Source: a virus
Lineage: Duplodnaviria; Caudoviricetes
Length of the DNA: 64,000 nucleotides
IMG/VR virus record: IMGVR_UViG_3300012956_000012
Span: 32,001 to 96,000 of that record
Reading direction: 5' to 3' (one strand)
Part shown: positions 10,657 through 21,128 of the stretch, piece by piece
How positions within the stretch are numbered: the first letter of the stretch is position 1
Layout: the number at the start of each line of letters is the position of its first letter
Translations under genes and position numbers: made by a program
Notes under the pieces: generated by a model
Told to the model about the DNA's origin: nothing
What the model saw: only the letters and a program-made list of their open reading frames with translations
The model's database searches: none

Positions 10657-13600
10657 CAGTTTTTGTTACGTTCTTCTTCTGCTTTTAGTTCGGCATCTCT
10701 TGCCTCTTGGTACTTAGCCATCATCTCATCCATTTGAGGTTTTGTAAGTGGCTCTGATTTTGCACCAGATACTTCTACCTCTAAGTCTTTCAAATTGAAT
10801 TGAATCTTAGGTGAGTGGAATGGCCTGCTCAAATTGATATCTATTGTTGCCTGTTCTTTTAAGATATCTTTGATGTTTACTTTCCCATCTAACCAACTAT
10901 CAAGGTTGTAAAAGTACGAAATAGAATTCAACTGTGCAAGTTTCTTATTGAAAAACTCAGTATTTAAGTTTGATCCCCCGATGATTACAAAGGAATCTCC
11001 AGGTTTTTTAATGTCAATACCTTTGCTTGCCATATATCTGTTTAGCGCAATTACCTTGTCTGTTTCAGTAGCATTTGACTTAAAAATATCTTTAAATTCT
11101 TGATGGTCTGTTTTTTCAGTTTCATTTACTTTTACTGGGTAAGCTACTCTTTTTTTACCTACTTGTATTACAACAAATGCAACTCTCGATTTATCAGCTC
11201 TATCTATGTATTTCTGTAAGAATGTTGTGTCTAGCCCTTTTACTCCTGATCTAGTCTTATATCCTCCATTCTCAACAAATCCAATATCCTTTACTTTTTT
11301 GACATCTTGATCTGTGAATGATCTACTTTCTATTGCTACGGAATTGTCTTCAGTTTTAACCATATTATAATTAGGGTGTCCTAAAAATATTTTAGTTACT
11401 GTTACCTCTAATCCAGTGTCAATTACCTTCCCAGACAACATGTCGTCAAGTGTACTTGGATCTCCAAAAACTTGATCTCTTAGTGTAGTGAACTTCTCAT
11501 CTTCTTTAGTTCGGCCACCTGCCTTTCTTTTTTGTTTCAAAACTCCACAGAAAGCTCCTTCTTTATTTCTTAACCGGATTACTCCTTCTTTTTGAAGCCT
11601 TTCAATCACTAGGTCTTGTGGTGTTTCTGCTAAAATCCTTTTATTATAAGGATCGTTAGGGTCTACTTCTAAAGACAGTTTCTCTTTTTCTTGAGTGTTG
11701 TATGCTGCATTAACATCCATGTGCTCAGCGAAATCTTGAGCAAAAGGACTTTTTAACGGTTCAGAAGTTGTCTCAGTATGTTTTTCTATGAAACTATAAT
11801 TAGTCGTTAAATTTTTATTGGTAGGAAGTATTGATAAGTTAGTGGCATTATTAATTCTTGTTAGCAATGTAGGGTCTTCCTTATCATTAAGAAGTATATT
11901 GTTTGTTTCTTCTTGAACTTCAAAGGGGATATCCATACCTAACTCATCAATGAAATCTTCTGGTGAAATTCCTGAAATCTCGATAAGCCCCTTTTTATTC
12001 CTAGCAACAGTTACTGAATCATAAATCTGCGCTTTGTCATAATGTACTCTACCAACTTTATCTCCAAAATCAACACCCTCAATAATCTCTTGACTGGTTT
12101 GATTAGCTACAACTTGTACTTCTTCTACATCGATAGATTCTAGCATAGCTTTCTGTCTAAGCAAGTCACTTAGTCTTAATCCTTCTGCTACTGTCCCTGT
12201 TACAAAAAGCCATTGATCAATTTCATCCTCAAGAGTGTCTTTCTCTGCTTGTTCAGCTTCTGATAAACCTTCTTCCTCATCTTTGATCAATAGTTCGTTT
12301 AATCGAACATACTCTGGGGAATCTATAATTTTAAGGTTTTCAACTGCGGTAGTTAGTTCTTTTTCTAACTCTGCAATCCTATCGTCTATTTCTTGGCTTG
12401 ACTGATCGCTATTGCTATCATCTGCTTTTTGCTGCGTGGTTTCCCGTTCGATCCCCTTTCCTTCCCCTTCTTCTTGTTGTCTTTCGACAATTCCCTGAGG
12501 TTGTACTGAATCGCCTGGTTCACGGCCTTCTTGCTCTTGTTTTTGCTTTTCTTCAATGGCATTTTTCTTCGCTTTGAGTTCTTTTATCTTTTCATTGATA
12601 GATGTCACTTTTCTTGAGGTAGCAACATCTCCTCTTAAATATTCTACTTGGTTTAATATCGATGCAATAGCCTTATCAATAGCTTCAACATTATCTAAAT
12701 CTTCTGCCTTTATATTTAAAGACTCTTTTAAACGAACAGTATCTCCTTCCAAAGGATCATTTGACTGTTCCACTTGAGAGTTAAGTTCGATTACTGTTTC
12801 AGTTGCTTCTTTTACTTCTTTGTTTAACTGCTCAACATTTAAAAGCATTCTCAACAAAGTGTCAATTTTATGCTTCTCCCTTTCAGAAAGTTGGTCAGAA
12901 TTTTTTAATTTAGATTCAATCTCCAAATCAATAGCTTCTTGTCCTCGTATACCTGGAACTTTCAAGGCTATGTCCATAAACTTGTTGTTCTCCTTAATAG
13001 CTTTTCTAAGTTCAGATGTCATTTCATAAGGAGTCCCAATAATCATATTCAAGAGTCCCTTACCTTTTTTAGTTGAGAAGAAGTCTGTACTCGCTATGTC
13101 TCTTACTAGGTTAGAAGTTTCTCGGTGGAAGTCAGAATACTTTTTAAATCTTTCTACCATGTCCTCAATGGAGTCTGCATCAAAACTTCTTCCATTTCTT
13201 CTAAGTGCTGCTACGTAATCTTCTAACTTATCTATTTCAGAGATAGCTCCCATTACATCAGGAGTTGTTTGGAAGATACTTTCTGTTGGATTTACAGTGC
13301 TTGTTTTATAATCGGCTCCTAGTGTTTGTTCAATTTGTTCTTTCTCTTTTTCTAGTTGAGTAATTTGTTGTTGAACCAATACTAGTTTCTCTGCTGTCAT
13401 TTGCTGGCGGCGTCTTGCGGTCTCTGGTTTTAAGTTTCGCTTACCTTCTACCTGCACTTGAGATGCTTGCATACCATAAGATACAGCTCGCTCTCTTAGA
13501 TCGTTTAATCTTTTTTCCTTATTCTTTAAATCACTTAGTAATGTTTTTTGACTTGCTTTTAGAGAGTTGACAAACTCCATGTGATCGAAAAGTCCTGTAG

Positions 13601-15644
13601 ATCCTACCATGGTTTCAATCTCTGATGCCAATTTTCTAGCATTGCTTAAAGCACTTTGACCAGTGTGTAAACTCGTTATTAAAGCGTCTTCAACTTCAAT
13701 AGTATTACCAATAGGCATTTTTAGATTTCTTCCTACATTTAAAGCCTCTACAGTTGCCTTAGCTTTTTGGTAGTTTTCTAAATTTCTAGAGAACTGTTCT
13801 TTTAGATTTGATTTATATGCGTTAACATTATCCCCTAATAAATCCAGAGCTGCAGCATCAAGCTGCATGTGATCTATAATAGCATTATAATCTTCCTTAA
13901 TTTGTCCACTTGTTTTTAGATGAGATTGGCTTTTGATGAACTCGACATCCATCATCGAATCATTAATAGAAGTGTCAGATCCATTTTCAATACCTTGTTC
14001 TATCTGATTTCTAAACGCTCTGACAGAAGAGGCTCTATTCATGTTTCGAAGTGTATTAACTCCTCTGTTGACTTCCTCCACTTTAGATTGCAAAGAAGCT
14101 TGGGCTGCTTTTCTAGAGTTTTTACCAATAAACCCTAAACCTCTCTCCTGAACGGATCCAACTCCCCAACCAATTAACATACCAATACCCATTTCCTTCC
14201 AGCCCTCTTTGGTTCCATATTGTTCGGACAACGCTTGAGTAAAGCTTGAAAAGAGTGATAGTGAGGAGTCATTGTTTGGATCGTATTTTGCATTAAGGTA
14301 ATTCTGCATAGTCTTTCCTGCTACACCTTGCATACCTTCTTCATAGATACCCTCTACTGAAGCCTTGCCTAAAGTCTTGTAAATGTTTCCAGTAAATCTT
14401 TGAGCTCTTGATGCTTCTTTTACAGCCAATGTTCCTATCTCGTCTCCTGACTCTAATCCTAGCCCAATTACTTTATTCAACCTGTTTGTGGTAGACTTTG
14501 TAATGTTTTGCATTGAACTTGCAAAAGGATTTTTAACATTAAAAGCCTTTCCAAACATAGCTGCATTGGATACAGAGAGGATTGCCATATTAGCAGCAAA
14601 CACTCCATTTGCAGCTCCAGTAGCTTCTTGTAAGAACTTAGAGTATTCCTCATCAGTTGGCTGCCTACCATTCTTTTCCTCGAACGATTCTAAATATGTT
14701 GATACAGCGTCTTTAAAGTTATGCCTAGCTTCCATTCCAGCTTCAAATCCGGATGTTCTTGCTAAGAATAATCCGGTGTCAACAGCAGAGCCTGCAGTAG
14801 TTAAATAACGAGCTTTATTCAGTGATTTTATTAAATCAACACTTCCTTCGAATTTTTCTAAATCTTTTGCTTTGTCTAAAATTTTACCTGTACTTACAAC
14901 TGTCTTAGGTGCTCCAAAGAAAGTTTTACCTTTTGACATGTAATTAGTAGGGTCAAGAATCTCCTCTGCTCCTTCTTTTGCAGCTGTTTTTAAAAAAGAC
15001 TTGGCACCAGCTTTAAAGCTTAATTTAGCTGCTGATCCTGCAAATGTTGCTCCACCAGTTAAAAATCCTAAACCTATCTCTGGAAGTAATGCACCTCCAA
15101 CGAAAGCTAGAGCTCCTGCAGCGTCATTGGCCCAAAAGTTAGCTGTACCTAAAGATGATAAAAACCCTTTAGACTTCTGTTCATCTGAATAGTAGTTTGG
15201 AAGCTTGTAGTCTAATTGTTTATTCCAATCATCTAACTTATTTGAGAAGTCATTGTTCCAGTAACCCTCCCATGATCCTTCTTTAATTGCATTGATTGCA
15301 CCATATACAGTTCCTACTGTTGCATCAAGTACGTAGTTTCCAGTTTTTCTAGCGTTTTTTAACAGACCATTAGTCCACTGATCTAAAGCTGATTGTTGCT
15401 TAGCTAATCGATCTTCATTGCCTACAGCTCCTAAGTAGTTTTCGAATTTTGCAACATAAGTTCCATCAGATAGCCTATCGTATATAGCACTAGTTGGTAC
15501 ATCATACTCAACCGGTTTCAACTCATTTTTCGTAGTTGAAAACTTAATTGGGCCTTTAAAAGAATCTAAAGGATTTGCGTTAGGGTTTTTCACTTCCTGT
15601 CCAGATACTCTGGCAAGAATTGAATCAAAACTTTCTAATGACAT
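10653..15644 (-). CDS. Large ejection/cargo protein, 1663 aa
   Basis: Gly/Ala-rich hydrophobic helices, EGIYEEGMQ motif, long coiled coils, and position among the cargo genes of a crAss-like layout. Confidence 0.75.
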   Translation of the reverse strand: MSLESFDSILARVSGQEVKNPNANPLDSFKGPIKFSTTKNELKPVEYDVPTSAIYDRLSDGTYVAKFENYLGAVGNEDRLAKQQSALDQWTNGLLKNARKTGNYVLDATVGTVYGAINAIKEGSWEGYWNNDFSNKLDDWNKQLDYKLPNYYSDEQKSKGFLSSLGTANFWANDAAGALAFVGGALLPEIGLGFLTGGATFAGSAAKLSFKAGAKSFLKTAAKEGAEEILDPTNYMSKGKTFFGAPKTVVSTGKILDKAKDLEKFEGSVDLIKSLNKARYLTTAGSAVDTGLFLARTSGFEAGMEARHNFKDAVSTYLESFEEKNGRQPTDEEYSKFLQEATGAANGVFAANMAILSVSNAAMFGKAFNVKNPFASSMQNITKSTTNRLNKVIGLGLESGDEIGTLAVKEASRAQRFTGNIYKTLGKASVEGIYEEGMQGVAGKTMQNYLNAKYDPNNDSSLSLFSSFTQALSEQYGTKEGWKEMGIGMLIGWGVGSVQERGLGFIGKNSRKAAQASLQSKVEEVNRGVNTLRNMNRASSVRAFRNQIEQGIENGSDTSINDSMMDVEFIKSQSHLKTSGQIKEDYNAIIDHMQLDAAALDLLGDNVNAYKSNLKEQFSRNLENYQKAKATVEALNVGRNLKMPIGNTIEVEDALITSLHTGQSALSNARKLASEIETMVGSTGLFDHMEFVNSLKASQKTLLSDLKNKEKRLNDLRERAVSYGMQASQVQVEGKRNLKPETARRRQQMTAEKLVLVQQQITQLEKEKEQIEQTLGADYKTSTVNPTESIFQTTPDVMGAISEIDKLEDYVAALRRNGRSFDADSIEDMVERFKKYSDFHRETSNLVRDIASTDFFSTKKGKGLLNMIIGTPYEMTSELRKAIKENNKFMDIALKVPGIRGQEAIDLEIESKLKNSDQLSEREKHKIDTLLRMLLNVEQLNKEVKEATETVIELNSQVEQSNDPLEGDTVRLKESLNIKAEDLDNVEAIDKAIASILNQVEYLRGDVATSRKVTSINEKIKELKAKKNAIEEKQKQEQEGREPGDSVQPQGIVERQQEEGEGKGIERETTQQKADDSNSDQSSQEIDDRIAELEKELTTAVENLKIIDSPEYVRLNELLIKDEEEGLSEAEQAEKDTLEDEIDQWLFVTGTVAEGLRLSDLLRQKAMLESIDVEEVQVVANQTSQEIIEGVDFGDKVGRVHYDKAQIYDSVTVARNKKGLIEISGISPEDFIDELGMDIPFEVQEETNNILLNDKEDPTLLTRINNATNLSILPTNKNLTTNYSFIEKHTETTSEPLKSPFAQDFAEHMDVNAAYNTQEKEKLSLEVDPNDPYNKRILAETPQDLVIERLQKEGVIRLRNKEGAFCGVLKQKRKAGGRTKEDEKFTTLRDQVFGDPSTLDDMLSGKVIDTGLEVTVTKIFLGHPNYNMVKTEDNSVAIESRSFTDQDVKKVKDIGFVENGGYKTRSGVKGLDTTFLQKYIDRADKSRVAFVVIQVGKKRVAYPVKVNETEKTDHQEFKDIFKSNATETDKVIALNRYMASKGIDIKKPGDSFVIIGGSNLNTEFFNKKLAQLNSISYFYNLDSWLDGKVNIKDILKEQATIDINLSRPFHSPKIQFNLKDLEVEVSGAKSEPLTKPQMDEMMAKYQEARDAELKAEEERNKNC

Positions 15645-18600
15645 TATTCGTATGTTTTTAATGATTGTGTGTTAACAAACACTTCTATCTCTTCAGCTAC
15701 AAATTCGGAGAATGTTCTCTGATTGTACAACTGTGAATTCATTTTCATTTCTTCAACCTCTTCATCAGACAGTTCTTGTGTGTTTAAAGGTGTGCTGAAC
15801 ACTCTGTTACCGTCCATAAATATCGAGTGGTTCCACTGTGTACCATCTGATTCTAATTTGAAAGTGTAAGCACCTTTCTCAGCTCCATTGTACAAAGAAT
15901 CTACGGTTCTTGCTAAATCTGGGCTTATATTTGCTGCGTAGTTTATTACATCATTCTTAACCATGAAAGGTAAGTCTGTTCCGAATACGGTTTGAGACGT
16001 TTCTCTGAGTCTTCTAAACCTGCCAGCTCCGTTAGCAGCATCTGAGTCTCTAAGCGCCTTAACACTTGCATCTCCAAGGTCAACAGTTGGGGCATAGTCG
16101 CCGTAGATAGCATTGTAATCTGATCGTTTACCACTTCCCATATTGACTCCTGACTCTTTAAGTTGTTCCTCTGTTAGACTTCCTAACGGTTTCGAAACAA
16201 AGTATCCAGTCTTGCTGTCCTTCTTTTTATACGAAGCTAAATATGTACCTTTTGGAGCTCCGGTAGCTGGATCTAGTACTGGTATCAAATCTATAACTCC
16301 TATCTTATCATCAGATATTCCTAATTGTCTTTTTAGTGCACTCAGCATTTCTGGCGTTTTTTCCTCTGAAAATACGTGAGTTACTTTAGATGGATTTAAG
16401 TTAAGAGCTTCATATTCCTTATCTATACTTAATTTTACTTTATCAATACTCGTACTGATGTCAGCTTGCAACCCTGTATTAAAGGTTTTATCCCAATTCA
16501 TGGCACTGTCACTCCACTCTAAATCTGCTCTGTTGAAGTCTGATAAGTAATAATCTGAGGAAGCTATTGGATCTTCATACCCTGTGAAAGGTATTCGCTC
16601 TCTTTGTGTTCTTACACCAACTTTTCTATTGTAATTTTTTATAGCCCATTGTAGTTTCTTATCTGCCTCTTTATTTCCAGACTTAGCTTCAGAAGCCAGA
16701 GACACTAAATCTCCCAAGCCATCTGGTAACTGGTCTGTTAAACCTCTCCCTTGTAAGTCTAGTCCTTTATTGAATAAGAAACTTAAATTGTCGGGGGTCA
16801 TTTGAGATACAGGTACTTGTGTAGTACCTGCTTCGCTGTCTTGTGCGGTGATCTTATATTCCTCATACCAATTAGAAGACATCATGTCTCTTCCAGAGGA
16901 AGTCTTCTGTCTAAAGTCTTTGTCAATTTTTGAGTAAATAAGTTGTCTGTCGGACTTACTAATCTCTGGATCTGCTAGAAGATGTCTGTGCGAATACCAA
17001 TCTAAAGTAGCTTTTTCAGACTCAGTTAACTTCCTCTCTTTAGAAGCTCTCGTTAAGTTTGCATAGTAGTTTCCAGCGGCTTTATTTACTTTTTCTACTT
17101 TGAATCCTCCTTTTCCATCGACTACTAATTTTTCCTGATAGTTAGGAAGAGAGTTTGGGTCGATATCACCACCTTTAGATAAAACTGTACCTAGTTTGAA
17201 TTGTGATTTCTGAACCAAATTATCTATGGTTTTATAATAGGCTTTCTTTGCGCCGCTATCTCTAAGTACATTTGTATTAAACTCATCAACAGCTTTTGAG
17301 ACATACTTGTTTGTAAAGTCTAAAGTGACTTCACGTCCATTTGAAAGTTTAACTTTTACCTTATCTCTGCCAGCCGATCCTTTTTTAAGTTCAGCTACTA
17401 AGCCTGGATCAGAAAGATCGTTCTCTGTAATACCTTGTCCTGACAATACGTTTGCCATTCCTTTAATAGACTCTTCCTGTTTCCTAGCAATCATTGCCGA
17501 GGCACCTTCTACTGGTTTATCTCCATATACAGTAGCCTCAGTCTTCTTCCTATCTGGAGTTTCATCTGCCGGAAGAATTTCTCCGTTAGGCCCTAGTTTT
17601 GCACCTCTACTTTTAGCTTGAGCTTTTGCCAAGTCTAGCTCGTATTTTTTCTCGTTAAGTGCTAATTGCTTATCTGCTCTTGTGCTATTATGTACTGCAA
17701 GTTCATAGTTTCTTGTTGCAGTGTCCAAATCATTTACCTCACTTTTTACAAAACGTGATTCATAAGAGTATGCATTTAAGTAATTTTCTTTGAATCTGTT
17801 GGTGTAAAGCGTCGTATAGGCTGCCTCTTTACCAATATTATCGTAAGAGCTTGATTTTAACATTCCCATTTCAGCCTCAAAACCTTTGATCAACTGATCA
17901 TACTCAGCCTTTTTAGATGCATCTGTGGTAGCTGCACGAAGAGATTTGTATTTATTTACAGCTTCTTGTCTTTGAGACACTTTTTGATCAATAGTAGAGT
18001 TGTATGTTTCTCTTACCGCTTCATCTGGTGCTTGGCTGTACAATCCCCAAGCATTTATTTTAAGTTGCTCTCTAGCTTTCTGATCTAACATTCCTTCTAA
18101 GGCCGCTTCAACTTTCGCTCTTGGTATTGTCTCGTAGGTATCTTTTGTTCTGAATACTCCATTACCCTCACCATCTACTTGATAAGTCCATTGCATTTTA
18201 TCAGCAATTTGGGGTAATTTGTCAGATACAAGTTTTTCAACGTTGATGTACTCTTTGAACCCACCACCGCCTTTGTACCTAGCACCAACTTCTTGAGAAT
18301 TTCTCCAACCTTCAGATGCCTGCATTGAGTACGCATGATTTATCTCAGAATATTTTTCTGGCTCTTTGGTTCTCTTTTCGTCCCACTCTTTTTGCTCAGT
18401 CCTAAATACTCTTGTAGACATAACAGCGTTCTTCACGTTGTCATCTACAATTTGGTTTAAGTTTCTTTGAACTACATTTAAAAGGCCCGGATCAGACAGG
18501 TCTGCATTTGCATATTTATTGGTAACCTGTGTAATAAGATCAATTCTGTTTTCTAAGTAGTCTCTATCTACATCTTTGTAGACATCAAGCTCTTCAAAAT

Positions 18601-18739
18601 TATCTATAACAGATTGGAGACGCTGCCTGTTTGTGTCTAGGTTTCCTTGCTTGTACTGTAATACATTGGATATTAGACTGAAGTCAGGAGTGTAAAGAGG
18701 TACCTGATTATAGTTATGTAGTATTCCGTATGAATTCAT
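15644..18739 (-). CDS. Internal virion/ejection protein, 1031 aa
   Basis: Long helical ORF with N-terminal YTPDF, located between cargo genes. Confidence 0.7.
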   Translation of the reverse strand: MNSYGILHNYNQVPLYTPDFSLISNVLQYKQGNLDTNRQRLQSVIDNFEELDVYKDVDRDYLENRIDLITQVTNKYANADLSDPGLLNVVQRNLNQIVDDNVKNAVMSTRVFRTEQKEWDEKRTKEPEKYSEINHAYSMQASEGWRNSQEVGARYKGGGGFKEYINVEKLVSDKLPQIADKMQWTYQVDGEGNGVFRTKDTYETIPRAKVEAALEGMLDQKAREQLKINAWGLYSQAPDEAVRETYNSTIDQKVSQRQEAVNKYKSLRAATTDASKKAEYDQLIKGFEAEMGMLKSSSYDNIGKEAAYTTLYTNRFKENYLNAYSYESRFVKSEVNDLDTATRNYELAVHNSTRADKQLALNEKKYELDLAKAQAKSRGAKLGPNGEILPADETPDRKKTEATVYGDKPVEGASAMIARKQEESIKGMANVLSGQGITENDLSDPGLVAELKKGSAGRDKVKVKLSNGREVTLDFTNKYVSKAVDEFNTNVLRDSGAKKAYYKTIDNLVQKSQFKLGTVLSKGGDIDPNSLPNYQEKLVVDGKGGFKVEKVNKAAGNYYANLTRASKERKLTESEKATLDWYSHRHLLADPEISKSDRQLIYSKIDKDFRQKTSSGRDMMSSNWYEEYKITAQDSEAGTTQVPVSQMTPDNLSFLFNKGLDLQGRGLTDQLPDGLGDLVSLASEAKSGNKEADKKLQWAIKNYNRKVGVRTQRERIPFTGYEDPIASSDYYLSDFNRADLEWSDSAMNWDKTFNTGLQADISTSIDKVKLSIDKEYEALNLNPSKVTHVFSEEKTPEMLSALKRQLGISDDKIGVIDLIPVLDPATGAPKGTYLASYKKKDSKTGYFVSKPLGSLTEEQLKESGVNMGSGKRSDYNAIYGDYAPTVDLGDASVKALRDSDAANGAGRFRRLRETSQTVFGTDLPFMVKNDVINYAANISPDLARTVDSLYNGAEKGAYTFKLESDGTQWNHSIFMDGNRVFSTPLNTQELSDEEVEEMKMNSQLYNQRTFSEFVAEEIEVFVNTQSLKTYE

Positions 18740-18756
18740 ATTCTGATAATGAACTG

Positions 18757-18788
18757 TAAAATTAGTGAAAATATTTTAATTGACCAAA
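18757..18788 (-). promoter_or_regulatory. Bacteroidota-type promoter TTTG-N20-TAATTTTA
   Basis: Plus strand TAAAATTA 18757-18764 and CAAA 18785-18788. One mismatch to TAnnTTTG. Confidence 0.6.
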
Positions 18789-18808
18789 ATAAATTGCGTA
18801 TAATATTA

Positions 18809-18833
18809 GAAAAGCTCCACTTAATGTGGAGCT
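18809..18833 (-). terminator. Intrinsic terminator
   Basis: Perfect hairpin AGCTCCAC-TTAAT-GTGGAGCT, followed by a short T-run on the minus strand. Confidence 0.7.
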
Positions 18834-19032
18834 AATTTACTTTTCGCCAATACTCTGGATAATTTTCGATGTCTTCTGGTTTCAACTTTTTGAAATCAGG
18901 GTCTTTAATGTTTTTCGCCATTATATACCCTATAGTTGTTCCACCTGTGGCTTTCAACTCTAAGGCTAGTGTGCCTAACTCTGGTGAACCTGGGTACTCT
19001 CTCATTAGTTTGTACTTTTTTAGTATTGTCAT
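18832..19032 (-). CDS. Small hypothetical protein (KYKL..EYPGSP...ENYPEYW type)
   Basis: 66-aa ORF with ATGA overlap, followed by a terminator. Confidence 0.7.
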   Translation of the reverse strand: MTILKKYKLMREYPGSPELGTLALELKATGGTTIGYIMAKNIKDPDFKKLKPEDIENYPEYWRKVN

Positions 19033-21128
19033 GGTGTTGTGTTTAAAGCTCTCATTGCTGCTAAGTAGTCTACTCTATCCTCAGTCCCTCTTTGCGTATT
19101 CAATTGGTAGTTATAACTAGGGGTATAGTCTACACCGGTACCCATGAAATTGAGTTGATAGTCTGGAAACATTGAGTTGAGTAAATTTAACTGCTGTTGG
19201 TTTTTGAAGTTATTTAAAGCTACTGTTTGGTTTCTGTCAAACCAGTTGCGTAATTCTTCTTCTGCCAATGCTCTTCCTCTTAAAGCTCTTTGCTCATAGT
19301 TCAATGCATTCTGACCTGCAGCTATGTTTTCTCTATCTGCCTGACCAATATTAAATAGCTCAGCTTGAGATTGATTTTGAGCATTTATTACATTGGTTTG
19401 AGTAGCTGCTTGATTTGTAGCTGTTTGTGATGTTGCCAATAATCCAGCTAATGCTGCGGCTCTTTGAGAATCCGGTAAGCCTTCTAGTTGACTCTGAACA
19501 AACTGCCTAGAATCTGCTATCTGCTGAATATTTTGATCAATACCTATTTTAATAGGGTCTATTCTTCCAAACCTATTTTCAACCTTTAACTGAGCTTCTA
19601 GTGCTGATGGTGGTAAAGAGCTTTGGTCTGGCATGTAGAACATACGTGGACCTTTTGGACTAGCCTTATAGTCAGCAGCGTAATCAGTGAAATCTTGGTT
19701 TGGCTCTTCTACTGGAGGCGCTTTTTGAGGAGCTGGCTTTCCATTTAAGTTGTATGTATTTAAAGCATAATCTGAATCTTGCCCTTTAAATTTTCTAACA
19801 TCTGCAATTCTCTCCTGAGTAGTTGGATCTAATGTAGCTAGTGTCTCGTCATCAATCTGATTTAAGGTGAAGATACCTTTTTTACCAAGCATGTCCATCT
19901 CTTCTGGAGTTACTACATCTAAGGCTGCAGCAAAACGTCCTGATGTAAAGTTACCCATCTTGGAGTCGTAAGCTCTTACCTTATCTTCCATTGAAGCACC
20001 TTTACCTAAATTGTCTCCAGAGAATGTTTCTTTCTTTTTGTAGTCATTAGCCCATTGGATAGCTTCCTCAGAGAACTTACCTGGATTTTTAGTGATGTCG
20101 TCTGAGATTGATCTCATACGTTTGTCAGCTCTTTGTTGGAAGTTGTATACCTCTTTAATCTTTTCATTAAAAGGTAGTTTCTTTTTCCATTTTACTTCAC
20201 CCTGTTTTAATGCCTCTACATCAACATAGGAACCAAATACTTGGTCGTCGGCAATAATGTCTGGGAAGTTCCTGTATAGGTTTAGAATAATTTCTTCGTT
20301 ACTTTTTTCTACACCATAATTTTTTTCGTTAGCCCTTTGATGTTCTCTTTTGAATACCTCTTCATCAGAGAATACATTTTCTCTTTTTGATAGATTGTAT
20401 TTTGTCCCCCCATCTTGATACCTTGGCATTGATCCTGTATTTACAAGCGCCATTGCATCTTCTTCTGATAGTCCATATTTCGCAGCAACTTTTTTAAACC
20501 CTTCCATAGACACCCCACCGTTTTTATAGTTAGGATTACTGTCGCCTTTAGGTTTGGCTGTTTCCTGCATGTCAAAAACTCGATCGAAAAACTCAGCTCT
20601 CATGGCCTCCTTCTCTTTCTTTTTCTGCTCTATGTCAAATATTTTCTTGGATAAATACTCTTTATTAACTCTTAGAGTTTCTTCTGGTATTTTCTTATCC
20701 AACATACTTTTCATTTTGTTGAATAAATCCTCTTGTTCCTCATTGAGCTTTTTAAGCCCAATCTTTGCAGAGTATTTGTCAATAGCTTGCGCGTAAGATG
20801 TTTTAGTAGTTACGTCAATATCGAAAATCTTTTTAAGCCTTTTTGCTTGATCAGCTTTTAAAGTTAAGGTCTTCGAAATTATTTTGGTACCGTCAGGAAT
20901 AGCCATATCAGCCCCGCCTTTCTCATGAGAGTTTCCAACTACTTTTTGAATATCTCCTTCTGGAAACTGTAAATACTCGTCACCTTCTAATTCAGCATTA
21001 GGTACAATTCCAGAATTCTCTTTTAGCCCTTGAATATATTCTCCAGTTAAAAGTTTTTCAATTGGCACTTCAGGATTTTCTTTCTTCCTGTCTACCATTT
21101 TTATTTTATTGATATCAAACTCTTGCAT
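19029..21128 (-). CDS. Cargo/internal virion protein, 699 aa
   Basis: NAELEGDEY...GNSHEKGG N-terminus, YKNGG and YQDGG motifs, Q/N/A-rich C-terminal coil, position downstream of the muzzle gene. Confidence 0.7.
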   Translation of the reverse strand: MQEFDINKIKMVDRKKENPEVPIEKLLTGEYIQGLKENSGIVPNAELEGDEYLQFPEGDIQKVVGNSHEKGGADMAIPDGTKIISKTLTLKADQAKRLKKIFDIDVTTKTSYAQAIDKYSAKIGLKKLNEEQEDLFNKMKSMLDKKIPEETLRVNKEYLSKKIFDIEQKKKEKEAMRAEFFDRVFDMQETAKPKGDSNPNYKNGGVSMEGFKKVAAKYGLSEEDAMALVNTGSMPRYQDGGTKYNLSKRENVFSDEEVFKREHQRANEKNYGVEKSNEEIILNLYRNFPDIIADDQVFGSYVDVEALKQGEVKWKKKLPFNEKIKEVYNFQQRADKRMRSISDDITKNPGKFSEEAIQWANDYKKKETFSGDNLGKGASMEDKVRAYDSKMGNFTSGRFAAALDVVTPEEMDMLGKKGIFTLNQIDDETLATLDPTTQERIADVRKFKGQDSDYALNTYNLNGKPAPQKAPPVEEPNQDFTDYAADYKASPKGPRMFYMPDQSSLPPSALEAQLKVENRFGRIDPIKIGIDQNIQQIADSRQFVQSQLEGLPDSQRAAALAGLLATSQTATNQAATQTNVINAQNQSQAELFNIGQADRENIAAGQNALNYEQRALRGRALAEEELRNWFDRNQTVALNNFKNQQQLNLLNSMFPDYQLNFMGTGVDYTPSYNYQLNTQRGTEDRVDYLAAMRALNTTP

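Noticed and set aside
1-18739. Virion RNA polymerase among the giant proteins
   Set aside because: No DxDxD catalytic motif was seen in the 1031, 1663 or 1740-aa proteins. The 1-5079 ORF was not fully translated, so it remains unassigned.
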